A stretch of DNA of 64,000 bases, from contig NC_043008.1 in assembly GCF_006345805.1 (NCBI RefSeq), positions 54,250,001 through 54,314,000 of the forward strand, given 5' to 3'. Below, piece after piece: positions 1 to 15,139 of this stretch. Below the pieces are notes generated by a model. That model made no database searches. It had not been told where the DNA came from and saw only the letters and a program-made list of their open reading frames with translations. The position numbers and the translations under genes are program-made. This stretch comes from Octopus sinensis (lineage: Eukaryota). Numbering within the stretch: position 1 is the stretch's first letter; the number at the start of each line of letters is the position of its first letter.

Positions 1-359
1 AGTCATTTTACTGTGGCCATGCTGGAGCACCGCCTTTAATCGAGCAACTCGATCCCCGGGACTTATTCTTTCGTAAGCCCAGTACTTATTCTATCGGTCT
101 CTTTTGCCGAACCGCTAGGAAACGGGGGCATAAACACACCAGCATCGGTTGTCAAGCAATGCTAGGGGGACAAACACACACACGCATATATATACGACGG
201 GCTTCTTTCAGTTTCCGTCTACCAAATCCACTCACAAGGCTTTGGTCGGCCCGAGGCTATAGTAGAAGACACTTGCCCAAAGTGCCACGCAGTAGGACTG
301 AACCCGGAACCATGTGGTTGGTAAACAAGCTACTTACCACGCAGCCACTCCTGCGCCTA
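1..359 (-). mobile_element. SINE family A (tRNA-like head ggcgcaggagtggctg, internal microsatellite), cut by window edge
   Basis: Near-identical to copies at 46085-46485, 52892-53381 and 54401-54858. Confidence 0.9.
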
Positions 360-780
360 CATACATATATATATATATACAGAAACACACACTTATACAC
401 ACATATAGGACGTCTCCACACTCACGCACCGCTTGACAACCACTGTTGGTTTGCCCTCTCCTTAACTTAGCAGTTCAGCTAAAGAGACCGACAGAATAAG
501 TACTGAGGTCGATTTTTTCACAGAAACACACACTTATACACACATATAGGACGGGTTACTTTCAGTTTCCGTTTACTAAATACACTCACAGAGCTATAGT
601 AGAAAACTCTTGTTGAAGACGCCATGCAGTGAGATTGAACCCAAAGCCATGTGGTTGAGATGCAAATGTTTTAAGAGCCATCAGGAATTATGACTTCCCT
701 GTTTTGTACTTCTGCGCTGCTAACTTTTTAACAACCAATATTTCGGTATCGTTTCTGTATTTCGAAAAAAAAAACCCACA

Positions 781-1239
<459 letters not shown>

Positions 1240-1250
<11 letters not shown>

Positions 1251-2214
1251 ATTTATGCGTATACATATATGCATACGCATACACACACACATTCTAAGAG
1301 ATGGGGAGCTTCCGAGTGATCGCAGGAGGCAACATGGGGTTCCTCCACATGGTCATTACTTATCAATAAAATAAAACGGCTACGATTGAAACGGCTTTAA
1401 CCCTTTAGCATTCAAACCGGCCATATCTGTCCAAAATATTTAACCTGTTTTATATTGAAACTGACCAGATCTCGCCTCTAACCTCAGCCCTACCATGTCA
1501 TTCTAAAACTAAAAAAATCACATCACTGAAATCTCTAAACTACAAGATAATGCAGGCATAATTCAAACCATTTTAAATAAACAAACATCACATTTGATAG
1601 AATAATCTGAACACTAAAGGGATTCAACTCTGTTATGGTGATCGACAACAGTAACAGCGATTTTTCCTTAAAGTGCTCTTTGCCATTTCGCATCTTGACA
1701 CACTTACAAAATAGAGATGACAGCTCTTTTTTTTTTTTTTTTTTTTTGTCGTTTTTTTTGTCTTATCTCGTAAGTTAAGAAAAATGCGCAAAATCGATTG
1801 TCTTTTATTGATTTTATACTCCGTTGCCTCTGACACAGAAATTTTTCGATTGACAATTCAATTAAAGCCTTCAGTCATCGCTGCACTAAAGACAACGCAA
1901 AACTATTGAATGGGCCTCTATGTGGTCGATCGTCTTTGCTAAAAATACTGACTTCAAATTTTGGCACAAGGCCGGCAATTTTGCGAAGAGGGATTGGTCG
2001 ATTAAATTGAACCCAATACTCAACTGGTACTTGCTTTATCGACCCCAAATGGTAAAGACGACCTCGGCGGAATTTGAACTGAGAAAGTAAAGACGGACGA
2101 AATGCCGCTAAGCATTTAATCCGGCGTACTAACGATCTGGCACTCGCTGCTTTTAAAAATACACACATGTATATATATATATATATATATATTATACATG
2201 TATGTGTATATATA

Positions 2215-2245
<31 letters not shown>

Positions 2246-3202
2246 ACATTTATGCGTATACATATATGCATACGCATACCACACACACATTCTAAGAGAT
2301 GGGGAGCTTCCGAGTGATCGCAGGAGGCAACATGGGGTTCCTCCACATGGTCATTACTTATCAATAAAATAAAACGGCTACGATTGAAACGGCTTTAACC
2401 CTTTAGCATTCAAACCGGCCATATCTGTCCAAAATATTTAACCTGTTTTATATTGAACTGACCAGATCTCGCCTCTAACCTCAGCCCTACCATGTCATTC
2501 TAAAACTAAAAAAATCACATCACTGAAATCTCTAAACTACAAGATAATGCAGGCATAATTCAAACCATTTTAAATAAACAAACATCACATTTGATAGAAT
2601 AATCTGAACACTAAAGGGATTCAACTCTGTTATGGTGATCGACAACAGTAACAGCGATTTTTCCTTAAAGTGCTCTTTGCCATTTCGCATCTTGACACAC
2701 TTACAAATAGAGATGACAGCTCTTTTTTTTTTTTTTTTTTTTTTTGTCGTTTTTTTTGTCTTATCTCGTAAGTTAAGAAAAATGCGCAAAATCGATTGTC
2801 TTTTATTGATTTTATACTCCGTTGCCTCTGACACAGAAATTTTTCGATTGACAATTCAATTAAAGCCTTCAGTCATCGCTGCACTAAAGACAACGCAAAA
2901 CTATTGAATGGGCCTCTATGTGGTCGATCGTCTTTGCTAAAAATACTGACTTCAAATTTTGGCACAAGGCCGGCAATTTTGCGAAGAGGGATTGGTCGAT
3001 TAAATTGAACCCAATACTCAACTGGTACTTGCTTTATTCGACCCCAAATGGTAAAGACGACCTCGGCGGAATTTGAACTGAGAAAGTAAAGACGGACGAA
3101 ATGCCGCTAAGCATTTAATCCGGCGTACTAACGATTCTGGCACTCGCTGCTTTTAAAAATACACACATGTATATATATATATATATATATATATTATACA
3201 TG

Positions 3203-3240
<38 letters not shown>
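1240..3240. repeat. Tandem duplication of a ~997-bp unit
   Basis: atttatgcgtatacatatatgc at 1251 and 2248. The two copies differ almost only by 1-bp indels, and the breakpoints lie in (TA)n. Confidence 0.95.
1401..1621. mobile_element. TTAA-type (piggyBac-like) MITE; also at 2399-2618 and inverted at 61634-61857
   Basis: ttaa|ccctttagcattca...tctgaacactaaaggg. The 61.6-kb copy has TTAA on both sides. Confidence 0.7.
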
Positions 3241-3242
<2 letters not shown>

Positions 3243-3707
3243 GGCTGAAACCTTGCGGATCTATTTTTAGTGCTAGAGTAGACCACATGGTGGTCACTCT
3301 CTTATATTTATGTATAAAATGTGTCGTAATCCGGGTTTTTTATGCACTAAGCCACTTGGTGGTAAATGGATGTGCTATTAAATTAGTACCCAATTTTCTC
3401 ACTCTTATCGGTTGTTTGTATATATATATATATATACTTATATTCATATATATTCATCGGTGAAGTGACAAGTAGTGACCCTTTACCCCACGTAGAAAGT
3501 ACACCGAGTTCATTTGCTTGTGGTGATTACAGCTACTTCAATGTTGGAAACCCTTCTGTGTCTTTAATCGTTGTTTCAGAGTCTAGAACATTGTGTATGT
3601 GTGTGTGTGTGCATTTTCAAATCTAATGCTTTATAAATCGAGAGAGACGGAAAGAAAGAGAGAGAAAGAGAGGGAGAAGGAAAGGGTGAGAGAAAAATAT
3701 ATATTTT

Positions 3708-3816
<109 letters not shown>

Positions 3817-4774
3817 CACACACACACATACACATATACATATATTTATATATTCAGTTGTGAAGAGATGTTATTAATTGAATCGGTTCCACTTTATTTT
3901 TAGAACTTATCAACTTCTGATAGACATTTAATATATAAAGTTCAACTAAAAGGTAGAATGGCGAAACTATATGTGTTTCGTTTCGTCCAACCTCATCACA
4001 TTCATCTACCGTACATATAACTTATTGCCGTAAGTGGATAGTGTAAAGCGACTTCATATGAAGAAGTCCTCAGAATAAGCTCCTAATATGCATCTGCAAT
4101 TAATAAGACGTTCTCACAAATAATATTGACTCCTTCAAGTTTCTTCTTTCCCGAAACTGAACTAATTGAACGGACGAAGAAATTTGATTTTCTGCCAAGA
4201 CGTTCCTCAAAGATCTGGCAATAACCTAATAAGCTACAATTAATTTAATAGGATAGAAAATATTTTTCTTTCTTACAGGCAAATTATGGTAATGCTTGTT
4301 AAATTTGGCCTAGAAATTGAGGATTCTTATACGTCGCAAATTAATGGGGTTTGAAATGGTAGTCTCGTGAGTTGTATTAATTCAGCTTTTTGTTAGTTCA
4401 TAAATGAATATTATCTAAATAACATTATAATTAATGACTCTTAAATTTAATCTATAAAAATTACTACTCGGAAAATTGCTATGCCTCAAATATCTTCATA
4501 GGTGTTTCGGGAATTTTTTTATTGAATTAAAATCTAGATAAGTTGATCTCTCATCTGAAAATAAACAGCCTCCGAAACACCCAAGATAAATCAAAGCCAT
4601 TATTTAAGATAAAGTCGTTATACATAATGTTAATAAAAGAGATTTCTATAGGACTATAAAATTAAGAATTTCTGAAACAATTTATATTAATATTGGTAAT
4701 CATTTATATTAATATTTATATTAATATTTATATTAATATTGGTAATCATTTGAGTTTATATTAATCCATTTTAA

Positions 4775-4996
4775 CCCTTTTGATACCAACCTGGCCAAAA
4801 CCACCTCTGGCTCTGTGGTACAAATGTCTTGTTTTCATAAGTATTGAATTAAAATCTTCCACCAAACCTTAGGCACAATTTATGTTCCCAACTCTAGCTT
4901 AATGATAACTAAGTTATTTTACTAAATTCTTTGTTATATTTAAAATTAATTGAATGAAATACAGAGCATCTCAAAATAAATACAGTAATGAAAAGG
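4775..4996. mobile_element. TTAA-flanked MITE
   Basis: ttaa|cccttttg...gaaaagg|ttaa; non-coding, 222 bp. Confidence 0.6.
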
Positions 4997-5590
4997 TTAA
5001 CCCACTGTCCTCGTTTAAGGACAATTGTATTTAGTTTGTTTACTGTAATAAAGGTTAACTGGACCCTTCCGTATGTTTGTTTTCCCTATTTATATAACTA
5101 TTTTCAAAATTTCGACAGGGCTAACCTGGGTTATAAATGGGTTAAAATACACTAATATTAATATTTATATTATTGTTGTCATTCAAGCGAGAAAATTCTC
5201 ACGACGCATAGAAGTTGACTCGTCGAGTAATCTATTAATAATCTATTATTTATAGGAAATTGCTCTCGTAAAAAATTGTAGGCCCCATCCGGCAATGCTT
5301 AGTCCGGTCCCCTGCTCAATTTTATTGTGTGTGTTTGTGTGTGTGTGTGCGTGCGTGCTACCCATAACTTGTTTTAGTTGTTGGACTGCGGCCAAATTAG
5401 GGTGCCACCTTGAAAGGTTTTAGACAAACAAGTAGATCCCCAGTAAATTTTTTTTCAAGTCTGGTACTTATCCTATCACTTTCTTTCGCTGAACCGCTAA
5501 TTTACGGGAACGCAAACAAACCAGCACCGGTTACCAAATGGTGAGGGGGCAAACACAAACTCACACGAAGACACACACACAAACACACGC

Positions 5591-5625
<35 letters not shown>

Positions 5626-5884
5626 AGTTAAATAAAATGGGACAACAGAGCCAATGCAGTGTAAAATTTCTAGGACATTTATAGAGAAAGGTAGTCTTAC
5701 AACTGTTTCAGGGATGTGAGAGATATCTCTTCATCAGAGACGATGTGAGGGAGTTAAATAGAGGGAAATAGTAGAGTTCAATATACGAAGTTATAATATA
5801 AGTGATTAGTCAAACTTCGGTCCTTCATTAGCACTTACATAGCCTTACCTGCCATTCTGGGTCTTCTGGATACCAAAGCCTCTC

Positions 5885-5954
<70 letters not shown>

Positions 5955-6729
5955 GCATATATGGGTGCAGGACATTACCAACGGTGATGGAAAACAGGAC
6001 AAGTTAACACAGAGAAAGGATTCTTCATCAGTTGTCGGCTGTCTATCTACTCCTCATTTCGAGCATTCAACAACAATATGAGTCTTCAAAGACAGTTGCT
6101 CCCATAAATTCTAAAAAATGTATACACATGTGTGTATGTGTATGTGTGTGTGTGTGCAGGCTTCCACACAATTTCCGTCCGTCGATTCCAGTTGCAAGGC
6201 ATTTGTCAGGCCAGAGTTTTTGTAAAAGACATTTGTTCAAGGTGCCGCGCAGTGGGACTGAACCCTAACCCATATGGTCTAAACCATATGGTCTTACTCA
6301 CTCACCCATGCCTGCGCCTATAAACATAGAATCGAACCTCAACTTGTCGTGATTAACACTGTATTCATTTTGACAATTTGTTAAATCAGTGGTTGTTAGT
6401 GAGTCTATTCTTTTCTCAGAAAATGAAAAATAAAGCTTATGAATCCATATGCTAAAAGATATAACCTCTTTTCTCTTTGCTTTGTCCATACAAGCCAAGT
6501 AAAGCAGAGGACTTGGGGGCTTTTTTCTTGCTCTTTAAGGTATTATTGTTTCTATTTTTTTTCTCTCTCTCTAATTCACTTTTTTTCTCTAATTCGCTCC
6601 GAATTGATTCTGGGAGTAAACAGTGTAAACTTTCTTTAAAAAAAGCATTCGTCTTCTCAAGAACTGTATGTATTCATTTGGACAATTTTCATCTGCTTTA
6701 TCGCCCTGAGAACTTTTACTTACTAGGAC

Positions 6730-6797
<68 letters not shown>

Positions 6798-6827
6798 TAT
6801 GTGTGTATGTGTGTATGTATGTGTATA

Positions 6828-6858
<31 letters not shown>

Positions 6859-6859
6859 G

Positions 6860-6895
<36 letters not shown>

Positions 6896-7613
6896 TGTAT
6901 GTATGTGTGTATGTATGTATGTATGTATGTATGTATGTATGTATGTATGTATGTATGTATGTATGTATGTGTGTGTGTATATATATATGTGCCATGCGTA
7001 TGAATTTTCCCCACATATGTTTGCATACAAACTTTCCTAACACTTCACAATCTTTCCTTTCTCTATTGTAAAAATGTTTGTTATAATGTATATTGACTTC
7101 GTTATCCATTAACTTCCGTCTACATTATGGATAAAGTTTTTTAAAGATTAGTTGCCCTATCTGATGATGTTTAGTTTATGCTTCAGTCCAACCCGCAAAA
7201 CCAAACAAGTTTGATACCTCTCTCATAGAAGCTTCCATTGTTAACACTTTCACTACTGTTATATATATACTTTATACGTAATATTCTTCGTATGTACTTC
7301 TCTTCGTGTTTAATAAGTCGGTAATGTAATGATAATTTCGATGGTATTCAAATAGTACCTGAGATTATTGAATATCTGACATCCTGTTTATGGATATATA
7401 TTGACAGTTTGCGTAAAATGTATTTGCATAGTGAAAAAAAAGTTCATTTGACAACAGACTGGCTAAAACAAGAGACGACGTGGGTAACATCGCTTCATAT
7501 GTGGCTATCGAAGTTCTTTCACGAAGTCGTGTCCCACTGCCGTTCTCCATCTGTCTCAATAAACTTTAAACCAAACTCAGCCAAAATTCAATTCCGTAAA
7601 AGAACCGCTAATA

Positions 7614-8890
7614 CGAGGGGCGTTCAATAAGTAATGCCTCTGACCCACTTGCAGTTGTTTGATCTAGCTGAAATTTTGCATGTGCAATTATTTATATCTC
7701 TATAGATTACGCGGCAAATTACAGCTCTGAACTAATTGTGGTTTCCGATTTACAGGTGTTTGAACTGAGTCAAGTGTGAAATGGAGCATGTTGAGTGTCG
7801 AGCAGTGATCCGGTTTTTGTATTTGAAAGGACACACACCACGGGAGACATTTGATGAAATGAAAGTAACTTATGGTGATGATGCCCCATCATATAACCTT
7901 TTAAAACGCTGGCATCGTGAATTCAAACATGGTCGGAACTCTGTGGAAACAGCTCCCAGATCTGGTCGCCCCCTTCTGCCATTGATGAGACATCTGTCTG
8001 TCAAGTTGAGGCTGCCATTTTGGAAGATCGACACATAACTATTCGCCAAATAGCCCATGAGGTCAAGATTAGTACCGGGTCTGTGGAAACTATCATTCAT
8101 GACCATTTGCATATGCAAAAGGTATCTGCCAGATGGATTCCCAGGTTGCTCACACCTTTTCAGAAGCAAGAACGCGTCGATTGCTCGAGGATGAATTTGG
8201 AGATGTGCCAAGAAGATGAGTCAAAATTTTTCAAAAGACTGATTGCATAGGATAAAACCTGGGTCCATCACTATGATCCAGAGACCAAAGCCCAGTCAAT
8301 GCAGTGGAAGCACTGTGACTCACCTCCTCCAAAGAAGGCAAGGGTGCAGCCCTCCGCTGGCAAGGTCATGCTTACAGTCTTCTGGGACCAGGACAGAGTA
8401 GTGAAGACAGATTTCCTGGCAAAGTGTGCCACAATTACAGGAGTCTATTATGCTTCACTTTTGAGGAAATTAAGAGAAGCTATCAAAATCAAGAGGCGGG
8501 GCAAGATCAGCAAAGGCCTCCTCCTCCTGCAGGACAACTCGCGTGTCGCCAGATCAGAAGCACAGGCGTGCGGCTATGAACTCATCCCCCATCCCCCCTA
8601 CTCTCCTGACCTTGCACCCTCTGATTTTCACCTCTTCCCAGCCATGAAGTTGTTTTTGAAAGGAAATCGTTTCCCAGATGATGCAGCCTTGATTTCTGAA
8701 GTCACGTCGTGGTTGGAGGACCAAGCTGGGGTCTTCTACAAAAACGGTCTTCAGAGCTGCATCAAACGATGGGAGAAATGTGTAACTCTGGGTGGTTCCT
8801 ATGTAGAAAAAGACTAATAACTGTTCCAAGTTTCGTTGCTCTACTGCTATGGGAAGTGGGTCAGGGGCATTACTTATTGAACGCCCCTCG
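7614..8890 (+). mobile_element. Mariner DNA transposon (irritans-like), full length, inactivated
   Basis: 37-bp TIRs (cgaggggcgttcaataagtaatgccYctgacccactt, 1 mismatch) with TA TSDs at 7612-13 and 8891-92. Transposase 7781-8817 has WIPRLL and HPPYSPDLAPSDF motifs. Frameshift near 7975, TAG at 8248-8250, short deletion after QDNSR. Confidence 0.97.
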
Positions 8891-9147
8891 TACTAGTGGT
8901 TTCAAAACTATTGAATATTTAGACATCTTCATAAAGCGGAAGAAACCACACTAATAACGGAGTGGTATGACAAGCGGCGAAAGAAATCACTGAGATAAAG
9001 TGTTCCGAATTCTAAGGACTCAAAGCTTAGGGTTTTGCTATCGATACGAAATAAATCGATTAGAACCAAAATAGACACGAGGCAAATTTGATTGATCATC
9101 GGGTAACACGGAAACCTTTGGGTACTCAGTGAGACAAGAAAGTCCAT

Positions 9148-9376
9148 GCGGCGAGCTGGCAGAAACGTTAGCGCACCGGGTGAAATGCTTAGCGGTATTT
9201 CGTCTGCCACTACGTTCTGAGTTCAAATTCCGCCAAGGTCGACTTTGCCTTTCATCCTTTCGGGGTCGATTGAATAAGTACCAGTTACGCACTGGGGTCG
9301 AAATAATCGACTTAATCCGTTTGTCTGTCCTTGTTTGTCCTCTCTGTGTGTAGCTCCTTGTGGGCAGTAAAGAAAT
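9148..9376 (+). mobile_element. SINE family B (head ggcggcgagctggcagaa) with 13-bp TSD
   Basis: TSD aagaaagtcYatg at 9136-9148 and 9377-9389. Confidence 0.92.
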
Positions 9377-10902
9377 AAGAAAGTCTATGTGAATACAACC
9401 AATCCATAGATTTTCGTGTTGATATTTGCATATATCAGTGTTTTCTCTCAATACCTCCGCTATTTGCGAGTCACTGATATTCGCTAAATTGTCAACGTTA
9501 GAAATCGACAAAATGTTGTCCTTCATGAATGTATACCAAGATATAACACAACGAAAAGTCTCTACAGCTGCCAAAATCTAAACCACCCAAAGGCAAAGAT
9601 AAAGAAGTTTATATCCAGATAAGAACATTTAACAAATCAACATGGCATATTTTTCTCTATTTTTTTTTTATTCTTCGCATCACAGCTATGTCAAAATCTT
9701 CAACCGTTACTAACAGTTGTTTACTCCTCTGGAATAATTCTCACTGTGCCATTATGTCCCCACGTTATTTCCACAGTAGCCTGGCCACCTATCTCCGACA
9801 GTAACTAATTTTACAATTCTTAAAAACTGTAGCCCCCTTGAATTCTTTCTCTACCCTAGTTGTTTTTCTACAGATAAGAAGTGACAAAAATTTAAACTAA
9901 ATATCGACCACGATAACTTCATCAGTATGGTTCCCTTTGAAACTATCAAGGACACTTCACATGACCCTTATTTGATTAAATAATTCTTTCTAACTTAGAT
10001 ACAGGGTACCAAATTTGGTGAAAGCATTAGTCGATTATTCTATCTACCCTGCGGGTTGGAAGGCGGAATTTGAACTTAAAACATAAAGAGCCGGGTCAAA
10101 TACCGCAAGTAATTTTGTCCGATATTCTGTCAAACCACAGTCCTCATATAGATCAATACTAATTTCTAATTTAGGTACATGAACAGCCGTTTACAGAGGA
10201 GAGCTTAGTCCATTACATTGATCTCATTTCTTGTTTGATGTTTATTTTATCAACCCCCTGAAATATAAATGGTAAATTTGACTTCGGTGGAATTTGAAAT
10301 CAGAACGTTAAGAATCAGAAGAAATACTTCTCTAAGGATTTTGCCAGTAAATTTCCTTCATTTAGCTAAATAATATTTTCTGATTTAGGCATAAGGTCTG
10401 CAATTTTGATGAAAGGAGTTAGTTGATGCCATCGACCCTTGTATTTGAGTAGTATATTGTTTTATCAATTCCCGTAAGGATGAAAGGCAAAGATGACCCT
10501 GGAGTGATTTGGATCTAAGACACGAAGAAAGGGAAACAATTTTTCAAGGTATTTTCCGAAGCCCTAATAGTTGTGTCAGCTCACCCAGACTTGAAAGGAT
10601 GAAAGGCAAGTGTGGCCTCGGCGGGTTTTGAATCCAAAGCGTAAAGAGCCGAAAGAAATGCCAGAGGGAATTTTTTTCCGATGCTCTGACGATTCTACCA
10701 TCTCGCCAAAAACAACTGTTTGCTTAAAATGTGACATACACATCATGTACTCAGAAAGTAATATAAACACGTATACATACGCATTTATATACATACACAA
10801 AACACACATACAGGTATAAATATACGTACACGTTCACATACATCATCGTCATCATCAGAAATAATCCGTCGATAGTCGACGATGACTGTCCATATGAAAT
10901 AC

Positions 10903-11135
10903 CTATTTCTTTACTACCCACAAGGGGCTAAACACAAAGAGGACAAACAAGGACAGACAAACGGATTAAGTCGATTACATCGACCCCAGTGCGTAACTGG
11001 TACTTATTTAATCGACCTCAAAAGGATGAAAGGCAAAGTCGACCTTGGCGGAATTTGAACTCAGAACGTAACGGTAGACGAAATACCGCTAAGCTTTTCG
11101 TCCAGCGTGCTAAGGTTTCTGTCAGCTCGCCGCCT
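10903..11135 (-). mobile_element. SINE family B with perfect 16-bp TSD
   Basis: tgtccatatgaaatac at 10887-10902 and 11136-11151. Confidence 0.94.
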
Positions 11136-12101
11136 TGTCCATATGAAATACCGCGGGACGTAGTGTGAGGAGTGAGTCGATCATTTATATAGGTTTCTAG
11201 CCTTGATCTAGCTGCAGATATCGATATCCAATCATTTCATGTTACTTTTAGTGACTCGTTTGTATCGCAACCAATTACGATTTCGCAAGAGATTGTTTTT
11301 CCTGTTATACATGGCCAGACCAGTGGAGAATTCTTTGCAATAATATCTCTAATATCTCATTCCATTCTAGGAAATTTAGCTATCCCTAGGATTAGACAAT
11401 TGCTAAACTCTTCTTTCCGTTTGATGTTCATGATTGCCCGTTGGTGCTTCATCATAAATGAAAGCAGATATTCTTTTATTATTTTCTGATTATGGCGTTT
11501 CGTTCACGTCTCAAATCTGTACTATAAAATGAATAGTACTTTTGCTCCGTATACTTTACATATATACACACACACATAGTTACGGACAAAGACGCATATG
11601 TGCGTACGTACAAACATATACACGGACATACATATATAAACATACATATATACGTACACATATACATACCGGCAGACAGACAAGCATGCATGCAAGCAGA
11701 CGACAGACAGACAAGCATGCATGCAAGCAGACGACAGACAGACATATATACAATAACACATATATGCGTATGTTAAACGTAGTGAACTTATGTTGGTAAA
11801 TGAATTAAGTGCGAACAGATGAAAAATATGAACGGTAATGAAAATGCAGACGACAGAAAAAAAGACATAAAAATATAAAAAGGAAGTTAAAAACTATGTA
11901 TGTAGACAGTGCACAGTGTATGTGTGTGTAAATGTGGATGTAGAAATATGTATGGTGTATGTATTTATCCATTCATTTATACGTGATAAATAGATTTGAA
12001 AAACATAAAAATAAGAAAAATCCAGCAAAAACATTTATGTAGGTACAGGTATGTTTGTATATGTGTATATACAAATGTGTATTTTTGTGTGCGAGTGCGT
12101 T

Positions 12102-12186
<85 letters not shown>

Positions 12187-12517
12187 TTTTGTTTTATCTC
12201 TGTGTGTATTTGTATATGTATTAATTGTACTAAAGATTGTAGAGCTTCGCTAAGATTGCTTACAATTGAACGTAGCTAAACACGAGTAACCTACCTTTGC
12301 TAAACTCTATCGTCTCTAGATAGAATTTGCAAATATAGGTCACTACTAGTGTTATATTACGCTAGATTGGGTGGAATATGCTAGAACGACGGCCATTTTA
12401 GCAGCATACTGTTTTCTTCGAATAGGCGTGATCTTAGTGAAACTCTATGATCCTTGATGTGTGTGTATGTATATGTGTTTGAATTTGTGTGTGTGTGTGT
12501 ATGTATATGTGTTTGAA

Positions 12518-12574
<57 letters not shown>

Positions 12575-14021
12575 ATGCATATGTGATTGAATTCTAATTT
12601 TTGTTATTTGAAATCTTCCAGTGAGGAAGGAGCTGGTTTCAAACAAAGATACAAAGCTCCATCTTTGGAATGTAGGTAATAAAAACAATGTCACATTTTG
12701 AATTTGTGAAAAGTCTTGCAAAGTTTTACTTTTCCGCCTACAGATTGTATCTGCAATGGCTGATTTTTTTTTTTTTTTCTTTTCTGAAAATCCCATTATA
12801 TCCAGATTGCCACTTAAGCATTTTATCACAAAATCAAAACCAAGTGCACCAATTATTATTAGTATGAATGTGAATTTATAATCTGAATACAGAAGTTGGA
12901 GGTTTCACATTAGCAGGGCAGCTGACCTCTATTACGGAACGTATATTTTCTTTTCTCTCCTAAACAACAATATCTGGCCTGTTATGTTTGTACTTTCACG
13001 GGATCTTGTTTTTAGGAATTCCAAATAAGTTATGAATACCCAAATTGTGAAGTAAGTTATGTAATAACATGAAATTAGTTACCCGATAGTAAGAATTCAA
13101 ATAAAGTAGCCCCGAAAGGAGCTTTAATGCATTCGCAGAGTATATAGAACTTCAGAAGAAATACTAATATAGTATAAATTCTAAAATAGTGAAGCATGTT
13201 ATGTAATAACAGGCTAATCAGATATGAGATAATAATTCAAATAACTCTGAAAAGGGCTTTTGTGCGTTCCCAGAGAATTTTACCCTCAGCGGCGCTAGTG
13301 TTGGTATATTCGTAAATACGTCACTAACCGAAATAAGTGGATCTATTATTTAGGAAAATACTATTTACTTGTTTAAGGGTTGTACTGGATAAATTGTGAA
13401 AATAACTCTAACAGTTCAAATACTAAGAAATAAGCATACTCAATTTGATTTATACCAAATAATTTAGGAAAATGAATGGTTTATTTCTCTTGGCTATATA
13501 TAAGGATCCCTTCCAGAGACGAATGGGCTATTTCCCTTGCATGTTGAAATAAAATATATTAGTTATATATAAGGATCCCTTTCAGGGCCCTATTATCGAT
13601 CTTTCAATAATCTGAGTATGCCATGAGGTTTCCAGACATGATTTCTACTCACGTGTCAAATTTCATCAAAATCGATAAAACGATATAGGAGATGTTAGCT
13701 AACAACTCCACAAACACACCCACAGATAGAATTTCCCACATATGTAGTAGATGTGTGTGTGTGTGTGTGTGTTTCCAGTATCGCTTTACAACAGATGTTG
13801 GTATGTTTACATCTCCGAAACTTAGCGATTCGGTAAAAATGACCGATAGAATAAGTACTAGGCTTACAAAGAATGAGTCCTGGGGTCGATTTGTTCGAAT
13901 AAAGGCGGTGCTCCAGCATGGCCGCAGTCAAATGACTGAAACCTATAAAAAATACGTGGGTGTCTCTGTGTGTATGTATGACTCTAGATATGTGTGTGTG
14001 CCTGTGTCTCTGTCTGTCTGA

Positions 14022-14052
<31 letters not shown>

Positions 14053-14154
14053 CATGCATGTATGTATGTATGTATGTATGTATGTATGTATGTATGTATG
14101 TATGTATGTATGTATGTATGTATGTATGCGTAGATAAGCATGTGTACGTTCATA

Positions 14155-14254
14155 NNNNNNNNNNNNNNNNNNNNNNNNNNNNNNNNNNNNNNNNNNNNNN
14201 NNNNNNNNNNNNNNNNNNNNNNNNNNNNNNNNNNNNNNNNNNNNNNNNNNNNNN
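14155..14254. other. Assembly gap (100 N)
   Basis: Exactly 100 N, flanked by (TATG)n on the left and (CATA)n on the right. Confidence 0.99.
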
Positions 14255-15133
14255 ATCATGCATACATACATACATACATACATACATACATACATACATA
14301 CATACATACATACATACAACATCATACATACATACATACATACACACATACATACATACATACATACATACATAACATACATCATTGGCAAAAAAGAAAA
14401 AAAATTCAGTAGTAAAAATTTGAATTACAAAGAATTAATGCTTTCCTATTTCAATGGAATCTTGAAACAGAAATATATTTTTGCTTGAAAATAAATGTTT
14501 ACAAAATAGTTGTCGTCAATGAATAAAAACAAAGAGAAAGTGATAGTATATTACCTTACATAGGTTATTTAATGATCGTATAATATCTCAGGTGGGAATT
14601 CCCATTTCAAATAGAAGAAAGTAAATAATTAAAAAGTTCGGAGAAATGTGTTGCTATCGGTTCATATTACAATTTGGGTTTTCGATTCATTTTATCATTT
14701 TGTTTTGGTTAAAATTATCACATCGGTAATTTCTTTTAAATATCTATAAATTAAAATATACTGGTGGATAGCTGTTTAAAATAACGTTCGCTAATTTTAT
14801 TTCATTTTTGAGATGCATTTCAATTGTTTTGTTTTTTTTACAATGCAATTTTATTTAACGATTCAAAATTTAAATTCAATTTCAAAGAAAAAATATTTTT
14901 TTTTAATTTCAATTTGCGTTTTTATGCTTCTTTCATATTTCAATATTCAAAGATTTTTCGATTTCCGGATCACACCGTCATCCAAATTTTGTTTTATTTT
15001 ATGAAAATATCAATTTGATCATTTGGAAAATTACAAACCTTAAAAAAAAAAAAAAAAAGAAATTTAAGAATCAAGGAAAAGGAAAAAACTGATAAAGCTT
15101 GACTTCAAAATTCTCCATGCTTGCTTGAAAGTG

Positions 15134-15139
15134 TTTATT
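15134..15139 (-). promoter_or_regulatory. Candidate polyadenylation signal AATAAA
   Basis: tttatt on + is AATAAA on -, about 30 nt after the stop codons; T-rich tract further downstream (15041-15058). Confidence 0.5.

Larger units (their letters stand above)
7300..9600 (+). mobile_element. Highly decayed Penelope-like RT remnant, interrupted by the mariner and a SINE
   Basis: Removing the mariner and one TA joins ...AKIQFRKRTAN-TSGFKTIEYLDIFIKRKKPH in frame, followed by LITEWYDK. This resembles the Penelope RT motif IxFTxExE...LPFLDxLI...LxTxWYxK. Confidence 0.4.

Noticed and set aside
8929-9574. ~135-aa minus-strand ORF that appears after removing the SINE
   Set aside because: No recognisable motif; better explained as the antisense frame of the decayed plus-strand Penelope-like remnant.
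12622-12675. Apparent 54-nt plus-strand exon (ttccag|...|gtaata)
   Set aside because: Isolated, with no partner exons or recognisable product; probably part of an interspersed repeat.
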